NCBI GenBank assembly: GCA_046598945.1
Contig: JBKJHT010000055.1
Span: 10,149-74,148 of the forward strand
Length of the DNA: 64,000 nucleotides
DNA from: Burkholderiales bacterium
GTDB lineage: Bacteria; Pseudomonadota; Gammaproteobacteria; Burkholderiales; JALYOK01
Reading direction: 5' to 3'
The notes below the pieces were generated by a model, which ran no database searches, had not been told where the DNA came from, and saw only the letters and a list, made by a program, of their open reading frames with translations. The translations under genes and the position numbers were made by a program. Below, in pieces: positions 20,188 to 28,507 of this stretch (positions are counted from its first letter, which is position 1; every line of letters starts with the position of its first letter).

Positions 20188-21285
20188 CTATCGCGGGCCG
20201 TACAACTGCATGGTGCAGACATTTCCGTTCGGCCCAGAGTCGAATATGAAACTAACGATTTGCAATTTCACGTAGCGCGCTTTTACGGGTTCAAACGCAA
20301 ACTCGTGAAACGGCGCGCGCATATTTTTGTGGTTGGGGGTATCGAATTCGCCGATTTTTTTGAACGGCCCACGCTCCTCATCCGCGGCAAACAACGCGAG
20401 TTGCTTTAGGTTCCCGCTCCACTGGGATTCAACGTGAACGGCCAGCGTGTTGATGGCCGTCGGCTGTTCTTTGCGTAACCCGATAATTGCGAAGGATTGC
20501 TTGCTGAGTATCGTACATTTAGGCTGTTGAGTTTCGAGAATGCCGCGCCAGGCTTCTTCGCCGGCGGCGACAATCTGAGCGCCATTCTCGGGATCAAGCA
20601 GATTGACGCGTTCTTTAGCGACTGATTTCGCGGTCGTCTGCTCCTGAGGATCGGCCCCCGTCGTGTTATTCGCCACCGGTGGCGCTGTCGTACTCGTGTT
20701 CGTTGCCTCCGGCGCCGATGGCGGTGCGCCTTGAATAGCGACAGTGTGCGACACGCCGACCCAGCCAATCTGCTTGAGCACGGTCAACAGAGCAGCCGCG
20801 CCGACCAGCAACACACCGGCGCCGATGGCCCAACCAATCGGCGTTTGCCACAGCGTCTTAGGGACTTTCGTGTGTGAACTTTGCGGCGCGCCTACCGAGG
20901 CGCCGACCATTTGCCGGACGCTACGTTTGAGCTTCTCGTACTCGCGCTGCGCATTGGGATTGTCGCCGCGCAAATCCGCCGTTTGTAAATGACGGAACGC
21001 CAACGGTGCTTCGACAGCGTCGATTATTACCGGTACCAGCGCATTGCGTCTTTGCGCGCTCGATGCTTCGTTGACGACCCATTCCGAATTGATGGATTCT
21101 CGCGACCATACCACGATCGCACACTTGGCTTGGTCGAGCGCCTGCTCGATGACGCGATGATAGTTTTGGCCATGGGCGATATCGCGATCCCACCAAACCG
21201 AGAATCCAAGTTGCTCTAAGTGTTGGACAATTTTCCCGACGCGTTCGCGATCGGCGCTGGCATAACTTACGAATAGGTCGCTCAT
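20188..21285 (-). CDS. TIR domain protein with one TM helix and a C-terminal discoidin/galactose-binding-like domain
   Basis: N-terminus LFVSYASADRERV...VVWSRESINSEWVVNE fits a TIR fold with the conserved SxWxxxE glutamate. TM helix at aa ~150-176 (WAIGAGVLLVGAAALLTVL), then a P/T/A-rich linker. The C-terminal ARYVKLQIVS...CTMQLYG pattern is typical of F5/8 type C-like domains. Confidence 0.8.
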   Translation of the reverse strand: MSDLFVSYASADRERVGKIVQHLEQLGFSVWWDRDIAHGQNYHRVIEQALDQAKCAIVVWSRESINSEWVVNEASSAQRRNALVPVIIDAVEAPLAFRHLQTADLRGDNPNAQREYEKLKRSVRQMVGASVGAPQSSHTKVPKTLWQTPIGWAIGAGVLLVGAAALLTVLKQIGWVGVSHTVAIQGAPPSAPEATNTSTTAPPVANNTTGADPQEQTTAKSVAKERVNLLDPENGAQIVAAGEEAWRGILETQQPKCTILSKQSFAIIGLRKEQPTAINTLAVHVESQWSGNLKQLALFAADEERGPFKKIGEFDTPNHKNMRAPFHEFAFEPVKARYVKLQIVSFIFDSGPNGNVCTMQLYGPR

Positions 21286-21331
21286 GTTGACGGCGTCTCC
21301 CTCTGACCAAATGCACTAGTGTTGTGCCACG

Positions 21332-21358
21332 AGCCGCACCCGGCTTGCCTCGCGGCGT
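21332..21358. repeat. 27-nt intergenic box, copy A (GAGCCGCACCCggCTTGCCTCgcGGCG)
   Basis: 23 of 27 nt are identical to 23723-23749 in the same orientation. TGTTGTGC lies just upstream of both copies. Confidence 0.55.
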
Positions 21359-21423
21359 GGCATGCGCTGCGAGCCAGCATTCATGCGGCTTTGGCGTTAG
21401 GCCACCCAGCCGGCTCGATGATA

Positions 21424-22422
21424 CTACTGTTCGCGCAACACGCGAACCCGTTCCTGCGTCCCCGGATGGGTAGAAAAATAATCGCTGCCTTGCGCATCGT
21501 CCGCGCTACCGTGCGCTTTTTCTAATCGCTCCAGCATATTCGCCAGATAGCCCGGTGAGAGGCGGTTGTGCTTGAGCAGCGCCGCGCCATAAGCATCGGC
21601 CTCATGTTCGAACTCGCGCGAGTAGCGCGCCTGTAAAATCGCTGCCGGCGCACTGGCAAGAATGCTGCTGACATCGCCAATATACCAACTCACCACCAGT
21701 CCGACGATGGTGCCTTGCAGCAGTTGCCGCAAGCTGTGGCGTTTCTCCAAGTGACCGAGTTCATGGGCAAGCACGGCGTGGATTTCCCGATCGTCTTTCG
21801 TCAGCGCAACCAGCTCGTCGGTCATCACAATATCGCCCGAGGGCAAGGCGAATGCATTCGCGCCGATGCGCGGACTGTTGCGAAAGCGAATCGTATACGA
21901 CACTTTTTTTCCTTCCGCCGGCACGAGTTTCGCAAATCCCTCGATCAGTTGTTGTTGTCGCGCTGGCGCTAAATCACTCGGTTTGAAAACCGATTCGTCG
22001 AGGGTTTCCAACACATGTTCGCCCAACTTGGCGATGGATTTCTCCGGCATTTGTTGCGCAATCGCGTCGGCCAATAGCGGTAAGCCAAAGCGATAGCCCA
22101 CCCAGATGAATGCGATGCTGAACAGCAACGCACCGATCACCCACACGCCATTTTGTTGCCAGCGCACCACGGCTTTTTCTTGATAGCCGGTTTGTGCGAG
22201 CAGGGCGTTAAGTCCGGCGTGGTCGCTCACTTCGCACATCGCGCCGTCGGTAAAGGTGATCAGGCGCGGCGCGCTGCCCATGGGTTCGGACACGCGCAGA
22301 CTGGCGAGGGGCTCGTCGCGGGCGATGCCATCGCCTTCGATGCGCGCACGATCGCCCGCGACGGTCAGAGTTACCGCATGACGCGTGGCGCTTTTACCGT
22401 CGAAATAACTGGCTTGAATCAT
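21424..22422 (-). CDS. M48 family zinc metallopeptidase
   Basis: 332-aa ORF with HELGHLEKRH (HExxH), TM segments, and an N-terminal beta-rich domain (MIQASYFDGKSATRH...). Confidence 0.85.
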   Translation of the reverse strand: MIQASYFDGKSATRHAVTLTVAGDRARIEGDGIARDEPLASLRVSEPMGSAPRLITFTDGAMCEVSDHAGLNALLAQTGYQEKAVVRWQQNGVWVIGALLFSIAFIWVGYRFGLPLLADAIAQQMPEKSIAKLGEHVLETLDESVFKPSDLAPARQQQLIEGFAKLVPAEGKKVSYTIRFRNSPRIGANAFALPSGDIVMTDELVALTKDDREIHAVLAHELGHLEKRHSLRQLLQGTIVGLVVSWYIGDVSSILASAPAAILQARYSREFEHEADAYGAALLKHNRLSPGYLANMLERLEKAHGSADDAQGSDYFSTHPGTQERVRVLREQ

Positions 22423-22528
22423 GGTTGGCTCTGACTTGCGAGACTTATCTTAAGTTCGCGTTCAATCGCTACCGTCATCCCCGCTCCTAGAGGTTTAGTC
22501 GGGGGCGGGGACGGCGGGCATTGCTTGC

Positions 22529-23587
22529 TCAAAACGAAATATCCACATTGAACATCTCCGCCGTCTCCTCGCCGGTGGCGCTTTGTTGCTGGGACTGGCC
22601 AGCGAGGAACGCCTCAAGCGAACCCTGCGGTACAAACGCCATGGTTTCCAGGCGATAACGCAACAAACGAATCGTCGCGAAGGGTTTGTACAATCCGAGC
22701 GTGAGCACAATTAAAATGAAATTCGTGAACGAGATTACGAAAAGCTTGCGCGCCGAGACATTGCTGATGAAGCTATGTTCGCCGAGCTGGGTGTTGTTCC
22801 ATACGACATTTTGTAGCCGTGCCTGAATAAACGGGCCGATGATGGCTTGAAACACGGCGAAAGCCAAAAACAAAAGAATGATTGGGATAATTGCCGCGAA
22901 AGGCGACCGAGGTTCGTCGCCCGTGAGCATGATCATTTTTAAAAAGCCGCCGGCGAGAACACCAAATAAGAACAATGCGCCCAAGGCAAACAAACCCGCT
23001 ATGAAATAAACTTTGTAGTACTGCCCTGCGGTCGCCGAAAAACTAAACTTGGTTTGACCGTAGCGGCTGTTGTCGTGCTGGTACTTCTTGATTTGATGAA
23101 GGGTATAGGGCCAAACGGGCCAGATGAAACTCGCCAGTATCGCGAGCCAGAGAAACACGCGGTACGCCCCACTTGTGGCGCCATCGAAGCCGAAACGCAA
23201 GCCACGGTAACTGCTGTTGAACAGCTTAAATTGCAACGAGCGTTTGATCATCCAGGGAAACACCGCTGCCAACAAAATGATCAACACGAAACCCACCAGC
23301 GGCGCAAACTGCAGCGCCGCCTGAACCCCGATCAAAGCGCCAAAGGCGATCAAGCGGCCTTTCAAAATCGCGATTGGATTGCCGTGATAATCAAAGCTCG
23401 ATCCGGCGAGCGAGGTATTGCGATAAAGGTATTGCATCTTGCGCACCTTGGCCCAGGCGGAATAGATGCCAAGCGTGACGATAGTCAAGGCGATGTTGAC
23501 AATCCAAATACTGAAATATTCCGAGCCTTTGCCGCTGAAAATAAATGGCAGCGCGGTGGCCTGATTGTTGTTAGTTTCTTGTTCCAT
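22529..23587 (-). CDS. YjgN / DUF898 family inner-membrane protein
   Basis: GKGSEYFSIWIVNIALTIVTLGIYSAWAKVR and a repeated multi-TM structure. I prefer the ATG at 23587 (MEQETNNN). The 116-aa upstream extension in the ORF track looks non-coding. Confidence 0.8.
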   Translation of the reverse strand: MEQETNNNQATALPFIFSGKGSEYFSIWIVNIALTIVTLGIYSAWAKVRKMQYLYRNTSLAGSSFDYHGNPIAILKGRLIAFGALIGVQAALQFAPLVGFVLIILLAAVFPWMIKRSLQFKLFNSSYRGLRFGFDGATSGAYRVFLWLAILASFIWPVWPYTLHQIKKYQHDNSRYGQTKFSFSATAGQYYKVYFIAGLFALGALFLFGVLAGGFLKMIMLTGDEPRSPFAAIIPIILLFLAFAVFQAIIGPFIQARLQNVVWNNTQLGEHSFISNVSARKLFVISFTNFILIVLTLGLYKPFATIRLLRYRLETMAFVPQGSLEAFLAGQSQQQSATGEETAEMFNVDISF

Positions 23588-23722
23588 TGCAGCTCCCTGA
23601 TCATATTTCCGGCTAGTGTAGCTGATTCGACTGGCACAGCGTACTCGAGTGAAATTTTGGTTTCGCGGAGCCGTCACGCCAAGAGGCTCGCGGATGTTGT
23701 GCTGCAGCCTTGATGCCTCGGA

Positions 23723-23749
23723 GAGCCGCACCCCTCTTGCCTCCTGGCG
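23723..23749. repeat. 27-nt intergenic box, copy B (GAGCCGCACCCctCTTGCCTCctGGCG)
   Basis: Matches 21332-21358 (see that feature). Lies upstream of the DUF898 gene. Confidence 0.55.
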
Positions 23750-23884
23750 CAGCGTCTTTCGGGAGTCTGTTAGCATTTTCCCTGGTTGCGGGTATAGTGC
23801 ACGCACCCGAATCGCCGTGGCGTGGGATTGGGTAAGTTTCCGGCTCCACCACTGACAAATCGATTTGATCAAAGGTAGACCATC

Positions 23885-24490
23885 ATGAAATTGATAATCG
23901 GCTTCGCGGCATGCTTCATCGCGATGATCGCGCAACCGGGTGTGGCTGCGGAAAACGCAAATTTTGCGAAGGCAACCTTCGCCGGCGGCTGCTTTTGGTG
24001 CATGGAACCGCCGTTCGACAAATTGCCGGGCGTCGTCTCGACGACTTCAGGCTATACCGGCGGCAAAAAATTGAACCCGACCTATCGCGAAGTGTCGGAC
24101 GGCCAGACCGGCCATACCGAAGCGGTGCAGATCGTCTACGATCCGGCGAAGATTTCTTACGATCAATTGCTCAACGTCTTTTGGCGCAACATCGATCCGA
24201 CGGTGAAAGATCAACAGTTTTGCGATCACGGCTCGCAGTATCGCACTGGGATTTTCGCCCACGACGACGCGCAAAAAAAACTGGCTGACGCGGCCAAAGT
24301 GGCGCTGTTGAAATCCAAGCCGTTCAAGGCCGACATCGTCACGGAAATCACCGCGGCGAGCACGTTCTATCCGGCGGAAGACTATCACCAGGACTATTAC
24401 TTGAAGAATCCGGTAAAGTATAAATTCTATCGTTTCAATTGCGGCCGCGACGCGCGGCTGAAGGAATTGTGGGGCGAGTCACCGAAGTGA
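23885..24490 (+). CDS. msrA: peptide-methionine (S)-S-oxide reductase MsrA (exported copy)
   Basis: 201-aa ORF with signal peptide MKLIIGFAACFIAMIAQPGVAA and active-site GGCFWCME. Confidence 0.92.
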   Translation: MKLIIGFAACFIAMIAQPGVAAENANFAKATFAGGCFWCMEPPFDKLPGVVSTTSGYTGGKKLNPTYREVSDGQTGHTEAVQIVYDPAKISYDQLLNVFWRNIDPTVKDQQFCDHGSQYRTGIFAHDDAQKKLADAAKVALLKSKPFKADIVTEITAASTFYPAEDYHQDYYLKNPVKYKFYRFNCGRDARLKELWGESPK

Positions 24491-24494
24491 GTAG

Positions 24495-25562
24495 ATGACA
24501 ACAAAAATCGCCTGGGCCATCGCGCTGGTGGCTATTGCGACGTTACTGATCGTCGGCGCTTGCGCAACGAAGAATCCAAACTTCAACGCGGCGCGCAACC
24601 ATCACACGCCGGACGGTTTTCGCAACCTCCATGCGGACAAACATCCCGGCGGTTTCTGGAAATGGAAGCGCGATCAGTGGCGCGACGGATTACCGAAGAA
24701 GCCCGAGGGCGGCTACCACTTTCCCCTGCTCAAGCCGGATACGGCTTATCTCGCGGCCAATCGTAGCGACACGACCCTGACCTGGATCGGCCACGCCACG
24801 CTGTTATTGCAGATCAAGGGTGTGAACATTCTTACCGACCCGCACTTTTCCGAGCGCGCCTCGCCGGTGGATTTTGCCGGGCCGAAGCGCGTCGTCGCAG
24901 CGGCGCTGACCGTTGAGGAATTGCCGCCGATCGACGTGGTGGTGATTTCCCATAATCACTACGATCATCTCGATGCCGCGAGTGTCATCCAGCTTAACAA
25001 ACGCGCCAACGGTAAGACGCGGTTCCTCGTTCCGCTTGGAATCAAAAAGTGGTTTACGGCGCGGAAAATTGAAAACGTAGTCGAGATGGATTGGTGGGAT
25101 GAGCACAGTGAACTGGGCCTGAATATTGCCTTCACACCGATGCAACACTGGAGCAAGCGCACGCTCTGGGATACCAATCAAGCGTTATGGGGAGGCTGGC
25201 TGTTTAGGGCGGAAAATTTTAAGTTCATTTTTATCGCCGATTCCGGCTACTCGAAAGATTTCGCGGAAATCTTTTCGCGCTACGGCGCGATGGATTTTGC
25301 CGCCGTACCGATCGGCCACTACGAGCCGCGTTGGTTCATGAAAATGCAACACGCCAATCCGCCGGAAGCGCTGCAAATGGTGCAGGATTTACACGCGACA
25401 AAAGCCATCGGTGTGCACTGGGGAACGTTCGATGATTTGACCGATGAATCGCTGTACGATCCGCCGAAGCAGTTGGCGGCGGCCCTGAGCGAGGCTAAAC
25501 TGCCGTCGGAGAAATTAGCCGTGATGACGCATGGCGAAACGCGCAAACTTTCTCCGCATTAA
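24495..25562 (+). CDS. MBL-fold metallo-hydrolase lipoprotein (NAPE-PLD-like)
   Basis: Lipobox LIVGAC at the N-terminus, and metallo-beta-lactamase motif VVISHNHYDHLD. Confidence 0.8.
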   Translation: MTTKIAWAIALVAIATLLIVGACATKNPNFNAARNHHTPDGFRNLHADKHPGGFWKWKRDQWRDGLPKKPEGGYHFPLLKPDTAYLAANRSDTTLTWIGHATLLLQIKGVNILTDPHFSERASPVDFAGPKRVVAAALTVEELPPIDVVVISHNHYDHLDAASVIQLNKRANGKTRFLVPLGIKKWFTARKIENVVEMDWWDEHSELGLNIAFTPMQHWSKRTLWDTNQALWGGWLFRAENFKFIFIADSGYSKDFAEIFSRYGAMDFAAVPIGHYEPRWFMKMQHANPPEALQMVQDLHATKAIGVHWGTFDDLTDESLYDPPKQLAAALSEAKLPSEKLAVMTHGETRKLSPH

Positions 25563-25654
25563 TTTTTTGGGTGATACGCCACGAAGACGCATCCATGCGG
25601 CTTTCCAGGCATAGTTAGCTGACAGCCTCTAGGCATGCGGGTTCTGGCGCGGTA

Positions 25655-26149
25655 TCAGTCGAAAGGCCAATGCTCGCTGAGCAACGTCAATTCGTAGGCG
25701 ATGAGAATGCCGTAGCCGATAAATGTAACCAGCAGCACGTGCACGGCGCGAACCTTAAGAAAAAAGGCGAAACGTTGATGCATGATCAGGATCACCAACG
25801 CGCCCGCGGTTAACGCCATTTTCACTGCGACGAAAAGATACAAGCCCTTGCCGAGCAAGTAATCCATGAAAGGATTGAGTTCCGAACCGCCGCGCGCAAT
25901 CAATTCGAGGGTGAAGAACGCGTCGGCTACGCACAAAAGCGCAATGCCAACGGCCAGCGCGAACAGCGGCGCGCTGTACCAATCCGTATAGTAATCCACG
26001 ACCTCGCCGTCGCGGCGCAGATTGCGCCGCCGGGAAAAGAACAATGCATACCCCATGCTCTTGAAACCGGTTTTTCGACGCTCGGCGTATTGGCGACGGC
26101 TCGCAGCGGTTAGCGGCTCATTGTCCGCCTGATTTTTGTTCAAACTCAT
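25655..26149 (-). CDS. DUF5658 family membrane protein
   Basis: 164-aa ORF with a basic N-terminus followed by 4 TM helices and a GGSELNPFM motif. The family name is from memory. Confidence 0.6.
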   Translation of the reverse strand: MSLNKNQADNEPLTAASRRQYAERRKTGFKSMGYALFFSRRRNLRRDGEVVDYYTDWYSAPLFALAVGIALLCVADAFFTLELIARGGSELNPFMDYLLGKGLYLFVAVKMALTAGALVILIMHQRFAFFLKVRAVHVLLVTFIGYGILIAYELTLLSEHWPFD

Positions 26150-26163
26150 GCCGCTATACTCCG

Positions 26164-26661
26164 TTATTTGCCAATTAATTTTTCCAGTTCGGCACGAGTC
26201 AATGGCCCCACTCGGTGCAGCACCTTCTTACCTTTGGGATCAAACAGAAACGTTGTTGGCAAAACATTGATTTTGCCGAATCGGGCCGTACTATTTTCGT
26301 CGCCCAGAACCAAAGGATAGGTCATTCCTTGCTTTTCGGCGAACTGGAAAACCTGCCTTTCGTCGTCGAAGTCCACCGCGATTCCGATGACCATCAAGTC
26401 GCGGCCCTTGCGCGCCGAGTAAAGCGCGGCAAATTCCGGAATTTCTTCCAGGCAAGGCGGGCACCAGGTCGCCCAAAAATTCACCAATACCCATTGGCCT
26501 TTGTACGCCGACAGATCATGGCTCTTGCCGGTGGTGTCAACCAGGTGAAAGTCGTCGGCAAAACTCAGCGCGCAAGTCAGACTAAACAACAGCCACGCGA
26601 GTAGCGCCGCCACGTGGGCACGAATTTTTGAAATTTTGCAAATAGTTACGCGGTTGCTCAC
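26164..26661 (-). CDS. TlpA family thiol:disulfide oxidoreductase (thioredoxin fold, exported)
   Basis: 165-aa ORF with a signal anchor and redox motif WATWCPPCLEE. Confidence 0.88.
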   Translation of the reverse strand: MSNRVTICKISKIRAHVAALLAWLLFSLTCALSFADDFHLVDTTGKSHDLSAYKGQWVLVNFWATWCPPCLEEIPEFAALYSARKGRDLMVIGIAVDFDDERQVFQFAEKQGMTYPLVLGDENSTARFGKINVLPTTFLFDPKGKKVLHRVGPLTRAELEKLIGK

Positions 26662-26741
26662 ACAGACTCCGATAATTTTTTTGACTTAAATCAGTGACTT
26701 TGCTTTAGAATTCTAGCAACTAAGACGCCCAAAGGGAGAGC

Positions 26742-28352
26742 ATGTCATTTAAGTTTTCCGTTCCGACCGCAGATCCCATCGATTCTGGCGGTTATGTCAT
26801 GCGTGCCAAGCAGGCCAAAGTCTGGCTCGATACGCTGGTCGGCCAGCCCTTGACCGATTCGGCGCGCGGCATTTACGCCGCGTTGTATGGCAGCAATCGT
26901 GTTCGCTTAGACGATGATGAACGTTTCAAGTTGCTCGAAGTGTACCGCGAAAGGCTTTATCCGGTACTCGTTGCTTTGTCCATCGATTTCAACGAAGTTC
27001 GACTGCCGCTTTCCGAGACCGCGCGCGAATCCGCCAATCTGAGCCGCGATCTGTTGATCGAGTATGCGTACGGCTACAAGATTATTTTATTGGAAAAAGC
27101 CAATAAACTGCTGTTGTTTAGCGCGAAACGCCAGTTACCGATCCTGCTCCACCGCGCTATGAGCGCACTGTCGGATCTGTTGACCCTGTCGTACAAAACC
27201 TACACGCCCACGCCTGCCGGCGTCTGGCACGAGATTCACCAGATCTATCACTACGCCCAGTTTCATGGCTTGCACGAACAGCCCCTCGACATCGGACGCA
27301 ACGCGGAGCCATCGTCACCCATCAGCCTCGCCTACAAGCAAGCGCTGTTGCTGGCCCTGGCGGATCCCTATCGTCTGATGCCGGGCGAAGTAGACAAGGT
27401 CGCCAGCATCGTCGCGCAGTTCAGCGGCGGCGCGATCATCATGCCCTACTCCGCCGACATCGCCGGCGCCGGTGCGTTCCTGGTGCAAAGCGACAGCGAC
27501 CGCGCGCCCAAAGCCCTGGCGGGCGCGACCAATATCACGCCCGCGCCGATCGATAAGGTCATCAGCACGGCCAATCTATCGTTCACGCTGAGCGAATTGA
27601 TTCACCAACTCGATAGCGGCGTTGCACTAAAAACGCTCGCTGTGCCGTTTGTCGGCACAGCGGCGCAAGCAAGCGATTTGCTCCGGCGCCTATCGCGCGC
27701 CTGGAGCTTGCCGCCCAAGCGCGGTTTTAATCGTCAAGCCACAGCGAGCGTCGCTGAGATTTGTGCCGGCATCCAAGCGCTGCATCACTATCTGAAGATT
27801 CAATTGGATCCGGCGTTGAGTGCGGAGCAAGCGCGCCTACGATCAGCAGCAACCGTATCTTTGACCGCGGTTACCTCAGGCGCGCTTGGAGAAATCCGGC
27901 CGGACTATTTGACCAGTCATTGCGAGATCGTGAACCAAAGCGCAACCGGCTTAGCGTTGCGCAAAACGCCCGATTCCAAACCCCTGGTGGCGGTCGGCGA
28001 GATCATCGGGGTTAAGTTGCCGGGCCTTAATTCGTGGCACGTTGGCGCGGCGCGCTGGGTGCAATCGAACGACGCGCAGGAAATCGAACTCGGCATACAG
28101 TTTCTCGCGCCGAGTGGCATTCCGCTGCACATCGAACCGGCCAGTGGCCCCTTAGTGCAAAAACGCGAGGCGCTGTTACTCCCCAGCATGGAAGCGCTAC
28201 GGCAAGCCGCGACGATCCTGACATCGCGCGATACTTACCGCGAAGGCATGGAATACAAATTGGAATACGAAGACCGCATCGATCGCATTAAAGCCACGCG
28301 CCTGGTCGAACAAACCACTCACTTCGACCTTTTCCAGTTTATAGCGGTTTAG
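26742..28352 (+). CDS. hypothetical protein with C-terminal PilZ-like domain
   Basis: 536-aa ORF with good coding character. The C-terminal ~110 aa contain NQSATG (fits the PilZ D/NxSxxG motif) and a beta-barrel-like pattern (GEIIGVKL...WHVGAARWVQ...IELGIQFL). A canonical RxxxR is not evident. Confidence 0.6.
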   Translation: MSFKFSVPTADPIDSGGYVMRAKQAKVWLDTLVGQPLTDSARGIYAALYGSNRVRLDDDERFKLLEVYRERLYPVLVALSIDFNEVRLPLSETARESANLSRDLLIEYAYGYKIILLEKANKLLLFSAKRQLPILLHRAMSALSDLLTLSYKTYTPTPAGVWHEIHQIYHYAQFHGLHEQPLDIGRNAEPSSPISLAYKQALLLALADPYRLMPGEVDKVASIVAQFSGGAIIMPYSADIAGAGAFLVQSDSDRAPKALAGATNITPAPIDKVISTANLSFTLSELIHQLDSGVALKTLAVPFVGTAAQASDLLRRLSRAWSLPPKRGFNRQATASVAEICAGIQALHHYLKIQLDPALSAEQARLRSAATVSLTAVTSGALGEIRPDYLTSHCEIVNQSATGLALRKTPDSKPLVAVGEIIGVKLPGLNSWHVGAARWVQSNDAQEIELGIQFLAPSGIPLHIEPASGPLVQKREALLLPSMEALRQAATILTSRDTYREGMEYKLEYEDRIDRIKATRLVEQTTHFDLFQFIAV

Positions 28353-28503
28353 GGAAGCTCTGAGTAAGTTCGAGTTTTAAATGAGACAAGGCGCAAACAA
28401 AAAATATCGACGCGGCATAGGTATGATAAGTAAGTAAGGAGGTAATTTTTTTGTGAGCCACGCAGTATCATGACGAAATCGGACTTACTCAGAGTTGCCG
28501 TAG
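28350..28503. mobile_element. MITE-like non-coding repeat, copy 2 (inverted relative to copy 1)
   Basis: TAGGGAAGCTCTGAGTAAGTTCGAG...CATGACGAAATCGGACTTACTCAGAGTTGCCGTAG is the reverse complement of 16854-17001 with scattered substitutions and small indels. Confidence 0.7.
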
Positions 28504-28507
28504 TTTT

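Noticed and set aside
23588-23935. 116-aa N-terminal extension of the DUF898 ORF
   Set aside because: There is no homology or TM content, and it covers the intergenic repeat box. An internal ATG with MEQETNNN precedes the conserved DUF898 start.
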